A stretch of 64,000 nucleotides of DNA, taken from assembly GCA_015709655.1 (NCBI GenBank), contig CP054181.1, positions 2,708,207-2,772,206 on the forward strand, given 5' to 3'. Source of the DNA: Ignavibacteria bacterium. GTDB lineage: Bacteria; Bacteroidota; Ignavibacteria; Kapaibacteriales; Kapaibacteriaceae. The notes under the pieces are model-generated. The model saw nothing but the letters and a program-made list of their open reading frames with translations. It made no database searches and was not told the DNA's origin. Positions 58,752 through 64,000 of this stretch are shown piece by piece. The translations under genes and the position numbers were made by a program. Each line of letters begins with the position of its first letter. Position 1 is the stretch's first letter.

Positions 58752-59782
58752 GGGGCTAAACCAATGATTCGGCAGTTTGTCGTAAACGGAATAGCAACAT
58801 CATAAAGTTTTTTTTCGGCAAACTCATCGAAAATCGTCAGTCGTGGCTCATCATGGTGAGTGCACATCAGCAGGGCGCGAGCTGCATCATACGAGCACAT
58901 GGTGTATGACTCGAACTGAACTGCGGCGGCACGTCGGGGTGTTCGGGTTTGAATCTGGAGCAGACCATTTTGAACAGGAACGTAGCAGTAGCCGCTACTG
59001 TTAACGGAAAGGCTGGAGGCAATTTGTAACGGGCCCTCAGAATCACGGGACGTAAGTGCAACGGTTGCCGTAATGGTCCGGGTACTCACATTGATCGTAG
59101 AGAGTGAAGGTACGGTAGGATCTTCGCCCTGAGATGCAGGCGTTTTTCCCTTGCCGAGTGAAACAACGCAGAACACGTTGTTCAACGGATCGCCCTCTAC
59201 CAAAGACGGAACGTCTGACGGAATATCCAGCCGTGCTTCGACCGTATTGGTCCGACTGTCGATAATGGCTACCTTGTTCTGATGTGGCAGTGCAACGCAA
59301 ATCTGATTCCCCAGGGCGGCAATACCTGCAGTTGAATCTCCAACAGAGATTGTACGTACGATCTGGAATACCGTAAGGTCAATAACGCCAACTGCCATGC
59401 TATCGGGTAATGAAACGTAGGCTGTTGTTGCATTGGCAAAGGCAATGTCGGCCGCATGGCCATACCCCGACAGACTGATCTCGGCTACGGCAGTAAGTGT
59501 CTCTCGGTTTAGGACGGTAATGCTTTCGGATTTTGTTAGCACGTAAATATCGTTGCGATACTGCCGAAGCTGCTGTACAGGGTATGCACCCAGGTCGGTG
59601 GTTGGCTTCCAGGTCTGATTCAGAACAGTCTGGTCAGGCATCGAGATCGTATAAAGCCCCGTAGGACCACTCAGCAGCAGACGCCATTTGCCATTAAACG
59701 AATTTATTAACGGCTCTTCAGGAGAACATGAAGAAAGTAGCAGCACACTGGTCAGGACCAATGCTGAAATCAGTCGGCTCAT
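58748..59782 (-). CDS. lipoprotein with beta-propeller-like repeats (YVTN-like)
   Basis: Signal peptide with lipobox LLSSC; repeated ~40-aa segments. Confidence 0.45.
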   Translation of the reverse strand: MSRLISALVLTSVLLLSSCSPEEPLINSFNGKWRLLLSGPTGLYTISMPDQTVLNQTWKPTTDLGAYPVQQLRQYRNDIYVLTKSESITVLNRETLTAVAEISLSGYGHAADIAFANATTAYVSLPDSMAVGVIDLTVFQIVRTISVGDSTAGIAALGNQICVALPHQNKVAIIDSRTNTVEARLDIPSDVPSLVEGDPLNNVFCVVSLGKGKTPASQGEDPTVPSLSTINVSTRTITATVALTSRDSEGPLQIASSLSVNSSGYCYVPVQNGLLQIQTRTPRRAAAVQFESYTMCSYDAARALLMCTHHDEPRLTIFDEFAEKKLYDVAIPFTTNCRIIGLAP

Positions 59783-60618
59783 TATTCACTCCTATCAGCA
59801 TGTTGAACAACATAGCGGATAATATCGGCAACAACAGGCTCTGCAATTGTAACTGCCTGAAGCATTTCTTCCAGCAACACCGGTTGTAACGAATCCGGAA
59901 AGCATTCATCGGTGATGATGCTTATGCCAAGCACCTTCATCCCCAGGTGGCGGGCAGCAATCACCTCGGGGACTGTACTCATCCCCACCACATCGGCACC
60001 AATTGTGCGCAGGAATCGGTACTCTGCCCTGGTTTCCAGGTTGGGTCCGCAGACTGCAACAAATACACCGCGGTGCACCCGATGCCTACCTTCCAGAGCC
60101 CCCTTTTCAGCAATTGTTAGCAAATGCTGCGAGTACGGCTCGCTCATATCCGGGAAGCGTGGACCAAACCGTTCATCGTTCGGGCCAACCAGCGGGCTTG
60201 TACCCAGCAGGTTAATATGATCGTCAATAAGCATAACATCGCCCCGGCGATATAAAGGGTTCATTCCGCCGCAGGCATTGCACACGATCAGTGTTTTTAC
60301 ACCCAACGCCCACATTACCCGAATAGGGTAGGCAATCTGCTGGAGTGAATACCCCTCATACATGTGAAACCGGCCCTGCATCACGCACACCGGTACACCA
60401 TCGAGCATACCGCTCACCAGACGTCCGGCATGCGACTCAACAGTACTCTCAGGGAAGAGTGGAATATCCTGATATGGTGTGCTGACGGGGTTGCTGATAT
60501 GCTCAACAAAGCCCCCCTGACCGGTCCCCAGAATAATACCAACGGTGGGTTGGATGCCAATTGTGTCCTTTACCAGACCGGCAGCCTTGATAACATCATC
60601 ATACGTGTGGTGATTCAT
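59782..60618 (-). CDS. punA: purine nucleoside phosphorylase (PNP-I family, punA-like)
   Basis: GRFHMYEGY, VGMSTVPE, NACGGMNP motifs identical in register to trimeric PNP; ATG (MNHHTY) at 60618 preferred over TTG at 60639. Confidence 0.8.
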   Translation of the reverse strand: MNHHTYDDVIKAAGLVKDTIGIQPTVGIILGTGQGGFVEHISNPVSTPYQDIPLFPESTVESHAGRLVSGMLDGVPVCVMQGRFHMYEGYSLQQIAYPIRVMWALGVKTLIVCNACGGMNPLYRRGDVMLIDDHINLLGTSPLVGPNDERFGPRFPDMSEPYSQHLLTIAEKGALEGRHRVHRGVFVAVCGPNLETRAEYRFLRTIGADVVGMSTVPEVIAARHLGMKVLGISIITDECFPDSLQPVLLEEMLQAVTIAEPVVADIIRYVVQHADRSE

Positions 60619-60794
60619 GGTGCGAAGATAGGGAAGCAATGGATGTCTTTGAGCGGCTCAGGACCCTGTACATATCGTCGGAATATTGAATTCAGTGATT
60701 CATGGATTAGGATGACACGTTCGGAGAGCTCAGGTAGCGAACCTAAGGGGCATATGGTCACGTTGTACTATCGTTCATGTACTATCTACAAAAG

Positions 60795-62188
60795 CAATTG
60801 CTCCAGAGTTTTGTCATGATCATTACGTAGGCTGCACACCGCAGCCGACTGGCCGAGCTATAGTGGTAGGTGGTGATGCACGATGGTGGTGGAGGTGGGG
60901 GTGGGGCCCGGAGGGCCGTAGTCCGTCTGTTTGGGATTTATGACGTGCCTCGGTAGTGCATAAGGTTTGTGTTAAACCGTAATGTGGGTATGAAACCCCG
61001 TAGGAACGAACCCACGTGGTGGCCCGCACGAAACACCATATAAAACCCGATACGAAACTGTACGAACGTGGTCACACTTCACTGTCATTGACACACTCTC
61101 TATCACAGCAATTGCTCCGGAATTCCTAATGTGTTTTACGTAGGCTGCGCAACGCAGCCGACCGGCCGAGCTGTGCAGGTAGGTGGTAACGCACGATGGT
61201 GGTGGAGGCGGGGGTGGGGCCCGGAGGGCCGTAGTCCGTCCGTTCGGGATTTATGCCGTGCCTCGGTAGTGCAGAACGGTTGTGTTAAACCGTAATGTGG
61301 GTATGAAACCCCGTATGAACGACCCCATGTCGTCGCCCACACGAAACATTATAAAACCCGATACGAAACTGTACGAACGTGGTCACACTTCACTGTCATT
61401 GACACACTCTCTATCACAGCAATTGCTCCGGAATTCCTAAGGTGTTTTACGTAGGCTGCACACCGCAGCCGACCGGCCGAGCTGTACTGGTAGGTGGTAA
61501 CGCACGATGGTGGTGGAGGTGGGGGTGGGGCCCGGAGGGCCGTAGTCCGTCCGTTCGGGATTTATGACGTGCCTCGGTAGTGCATAAGGTTTGTGTTATA
61601 CCGTAATGTGGGGATGAAACACCGTAGGAACGACCCCATGTCGTCGCCCACACGAAACATTATAAAACCCGATACGAAACTGTACGAACGTGGTCACACT
61701 TCACTGTCATTGACACACTCTCTATCACAGCAATTGCTCCGGAATTCCTAATGTGTTTTACGTAGGCTGCGCAACGCAGCCGACCGGCCGAGCTGTGCAG
61801 GTAGGTGGTAACGCACGATGGTGGTGGAGGCGGGGGTGGGACCCGGGGGGCCGTAGTCCGTCCGTTCGGGATTTATGCCGTGCCTCGGTAGTGCAGAACG
61901 GTTGTGTTAAACCGTAATGTGGGTATGAAACCCCGTATGAACGACCCCATGTCGTCGCCCACACGAAACATTATAAAACCCGATACGAAACTGTACGAAC
62001 GTGGTCACACTTCACTGTCATTGACACACTCTCTATCACAGCAATTGCTCCGGAATTCCTAAGGTGTTTTACGTAGGCTGCACACCGCAGCCGACCGGCC
62101 GAGCTGTACTGGTAGGTGGTAACGCACGATGGTGGTGGAGGTGGGGGTGGGGCCCGGAGGGCCGTAGTCCGTCCGTTCGGGATTTATG
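60795..62188. repeat. tandem array of a 311-bp unit, 4.5 copies, copies alternating between two sequence subtypes (A-B-A-B-A)
   Basis: Unit starts (caattgctcc...) at 60795, 61109, 61420, 61731, 62042; period 311 (first 314); subtype-specific substitutions recur in alternate copies (loop ACACC vs GCAAC in a conserved GGCTGC..GCAGCC hairpin; atgacgtg/ataaggtttg vs atgccgtg/agaacggttg); each copy has G-run ggtggtggaggtgggggtgggg and several 5-7 bp hairpins; fifth copy truncated at ~62188. Confidence 0.9.
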
Positions 62189-62379
62189 CCGTGGCTCAGT
62201 CATACAGCATGTTTGCCGTGGCTCAGTGATACAGCATGTTTGCCGTGGCTCAGTGATACAGCATGGTTGCCGTGGCTCAGTGATACAGCATGTTTGCCGT
62301 GGCTCAGTGATACAGCATGTTTGCCGTGGCTCAGTCATACAGCATGTTTGCCGTGGCTCGGTCGTACAGCATGTTTGCC
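62189..62379. repeat. 27-bp minisatellite (7 copies; unit ccgtggctcagtgatacagcatgtttg) contiguous with the truncated fifth 311-bp unit
   Basis: Head-to-tail copies with no spacers; unit is ~70% identical to the 27-nt segment ccgtgcctcggtagtgcagaacggttg of the 311-bp unit at the equivalent position. Confidence 0.9.
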
Positions 62380-62671
62380 GGACTAGGGAGCTGTAAATAA
62401 TATTAAAACAACAGTGATATCATAAGGCCCTACTGTGTGGCAACCCCGCGTGGCTGCTCTGCATTAAACAGCATAAAAAGGACTAAACCGTAAGGGTGCG
62501 GAACAAGGTGCGGGTTTCAAACCCGTCCCGAGGTAATATTCAATTGAGTCGAAACTGTGGAGAGTGTATTCCATGAGCTCGATCCTTTGAAAGTAAAACA
62601 CAAACCGGTTACACGACGGTAAGCCCTTTATTTAGCCGGTTCATCATCCCCCATACCACACCCCTCTTTCT

Positions 62672-62679
62672 TATTTTTG
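62672..62679 (+). promoter_or_regulatory. candidate -7 box TAttTTTG 13 nt upstream of the TPR-like gene ATG
   Basis: TAnnTTTG match. Confidence 0.3.
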
Positions 62680-62692
62680 CAATGCAGCTACC

Positions 62693-64000
62693 ATGGGGAA
62701 ATCTTATATACGAAATCTGTGTGGCAGAATGTTTGCATTCTGCTGTTTCCTGATATACTTCCTGCCGTGTTATGCACAGCAGGGGAGATACCCGTACCTT
62801 CCGTTGGAGACTGTGGAGCAGGTTGCGGACGTTTGGCAGTCAGACGGGCTGTTGCGCAGGTCTGCCGATGTACTGGATGAATTTCGAGACTCAGAGGTCC
62901 GCTCGGGAAGTGACGCCCTACGAATGAGTCGTGCCGAGCTCGAACGTGCTTCAGGCTTGCCAAAGAGTTCGGACCGGAGTCTGATGGTGTTCCTGCAGGG
63001 GCGCAGCAACTCGCCCTTCTTCCCCATTGCAATGTCGGCACGTGGCTTTCTGGCGCTGTCGGAGGCCCGATATAGTCAGGCTGACAGCTTGCTCCATACT
63101 GCTGCATTGCGTGCGCAGCACGATTACGTTGTCCGCCGTGATACCCAATACCGTACTCTTGCACAACATGCCTACTTCTGGGATGGTGTGGCTCTGGGCA
63201 GGATGCAGAAGTTTGACAGTGCAATCGTGCGGTTTGCGGCTTGTATAGCCACCGATTCGTTGGGGAGCCTGGCTCCTCGTGCGCTGTTTGCCATGGGCCA
63301 AATGTATGAGCGGCTGGCTGTGACAAACAAAGCTTCCGAAGCCTACTCAACAATTCGGAAAAAGTACAGGACTGGAAATATTATCGTGGCAGCCCGGATC
63401 AGGGAGGCACAGATTGCGTTGCGGCAACGGATGCCTGAGCGTGCCGTTGACATCCTTGGCGGGATTGATGCAGAGATCCTGAGTCTTTCCGCTGGAGACA
63501 GTTTGTTGCCGTTTCCGATATCGGAGGCTGTCGGACAAGTTCGAATCCTGCGTACAAATGCACTGATCATGCGCGGAGGTTTTGCCGAAGCCCTGGATTC
63601 TGCTACTGCATATTTACGGGAATCGCCTCCCGACAGAAACGTACCGCTGGTTAGACTTCAAAGTGCGTTCTGTATGCTGAATCTTGACTCGTCGGACGAC
63701 GCATTACTGCATCTTGATAAAATTATTGATCAGGTAACCGACGATGCCTCGCCCATACGTCAGCAGGCATTGCTCTACCGCGCCTTGGCCCTGCGTCAGA
63801 GTGGTATGCCCGAAAAAGCAGTTGCTGACTTTACCTACCTTGCGGCCCTGGCCGGATATCCGTATCAGGCTCAGGCTCTGGTGGAGGTTGGCCAAGCAGC
63901 CTATCAGCGTGGCGACATGGAGGCTACGATTAGGGCCGTTGACCGTGCTGAGAAATTAAGTACCGATGCGCAGACAACGATCCGCTCACAGTTGCTGCTG
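62693..64000 (+). CDS. secreted TPR/alpha-helical repeat-like protein, N-terminal part (>435 aa; runs off window end; absent from supplied ORF track)
   Basis: Manual translation from ATG 62693 is stop-free to nt 64000; N-terminal signal peptide MGKSYIRNLCGRMFAFCCFLIYFLPCYAQQ; alanine/leucine-rich helical repeats (...AAYQRGDMEATIRAVDRAEKL...) suggest TPR-like fold; the overlapping 221-aa minus-strand track ORF (62688..63353) is likely spurious. Confidence 0.55.
   Translation, partial: MGKSYIRNLCGRMFAFCCFLIYFLPCYAQQGRYPYLPLETVEQVADVWQSDGLLRRSADVLDEFRDSEVRSGSDALRMSRAELERASGLPKSSDRSLMVFLQGRSNSPFFPIAMSARGFLALSEARYSQADSLLHTAALRAQHDYVVRRDTQYRTLAQHAYFWDGVALGRMQKFDSAIVRFAACIATDSLGSLAPRALFAMGQMYERLAVTNKASEAYSTIRKKYRTGNIIVAARIREAQIALRQRMPERAVDILGGIDAEILSLSAGDSLLPFPISEAVGQVRILRTNALIMRGGFAEALDSATAYLRESPPDRNVPLVRLQSAFCMLNLDSSDDALLHLDKIIDQVTDDASPIRQQALLYRALALRQSGMPEKAVADFTYLAALAGYPYQAQALVEVGQAAYQRGDMEATIRAVDRAEKLSTDAQTTIRSQLLL

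Noticed and set aside
60795-62188. Diversity-generating retroelement (TR/VR) or retron explanation for the repeat variants
   Set aside because: Variant positions are not adenine-specific, the units are strictly tandem, and no reverse transcriptase gene is nearby.
60795-62188. oriC / DnaA-box iteron array
   Set aside because: No convincing TTATCCACA-type DnaA boxes in the unit and no dnaA/dnaN in the window. Cannot exclude a plasmid-like iteron function but no rep gene is present.
60823-62338. Five 68-89-aa minus-strand ORFs, one per 311-bp unit (MWATTWGRSYG...)
   Set aside because: They arise from the C-rich complement of the G-run, giving His/Pro-rich low-complexity peptides. Differences between subtypes are non-synonymous. 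No plausible start context.
62189-62379. 27-bp direct repeats as a CRISPR array
   Set aside because: Repeats are contiguous with no spacers, the period is too short, and there are no cas genes in the window. It is a minisatellite.
62440-62530. tRNA-like fragment (gcgggtttcaaacccgt resembling a T-arm) as an integration-site remnant
   Set aside because: Only a T-arm-like hairpin can be drawn. No acceptor or anticodon arms pair, and there is no similarity to the tRNA-Ser at 54092..54181.
62688-63353. 221-aa minus-strand ORF from the track
   Set aside because: It is antisense to a stop-free plus-strand frame with a signal peptide and helical repeats, and is Ser/Pro/His-rich low complexity.

Overview
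This is a 64-kb chromosomal segment of about 53% GC, densely packed with mostly housekeeping genes. It most likely comes from a bacterium of the FCB group (Bacteroidota/Chlorobi/Ignavibacteria-like). The evidence is: a lysine/alanine-rich histone-H1-like protein; a type III glutamine synthetase; a fused ccoNO cbb3 oxidase; secreted proteins with T9SS-style C-terminal domains; and repeated TAnnTTTG '-7' promoter boxes close to start codons. The window opens inside ileS and ends inside a TPR-like gene; the ORF track omits both because neither has an in-window stop.

Recognisable content, in order:
- ileS tail, H1-like protein, dksA/traR-like, lspA, rluD, mtgA, lrp-glnN(GSIII).
- A block of large secreted repeat proteins (Ig/PKD-like, TolB-OmpA, BNR-PKD-LamG).
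- fur-topA (overlapping) and speA.
- NFACT/RqcH, a 906-aa glycine-repeat/HEAT protein, ribD, two PNP-family paralogs, yicC-gmk.
- A fused E1 alpha/beta 2-oxoacid dehydrogenase.
- A complete cbb3 oxidase cluster: ccoI-ccoS-ccoNO-ccoQ-ccoP-ccoG-ccoH, a DsbD_2-like membrane protein and a cytochrome c. ccoS and ccoQ are small ORFs absent from the supplied track.
- An E1alpha/E1beta pair, two GT9 heptosyltransferase-like genes, aspS, tyrS, mutS2, smpB-tRNA-Ser(GCU), mutS, hslO, pta/ptb-like and punA.

The most unusual element is a 2-kb divergent intergenic region (60.8-62.4 kb) filled with a tandem array of a 311-bp unit in about 4.5 copies. The copies alternate strictly between two subtypes (A-B-A-B-A). 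Each carries conserved hairpins and a G-quadruplex-like G-run. The truncated last copy runs directly into a 27-bp minisatellite of 7 copies that appears to be derived from a 27-nt segment of the unit. No known ncRNA, CRISPR, DGR or mobile-element signature explains it. I saw no defence island, prophage or IS element.
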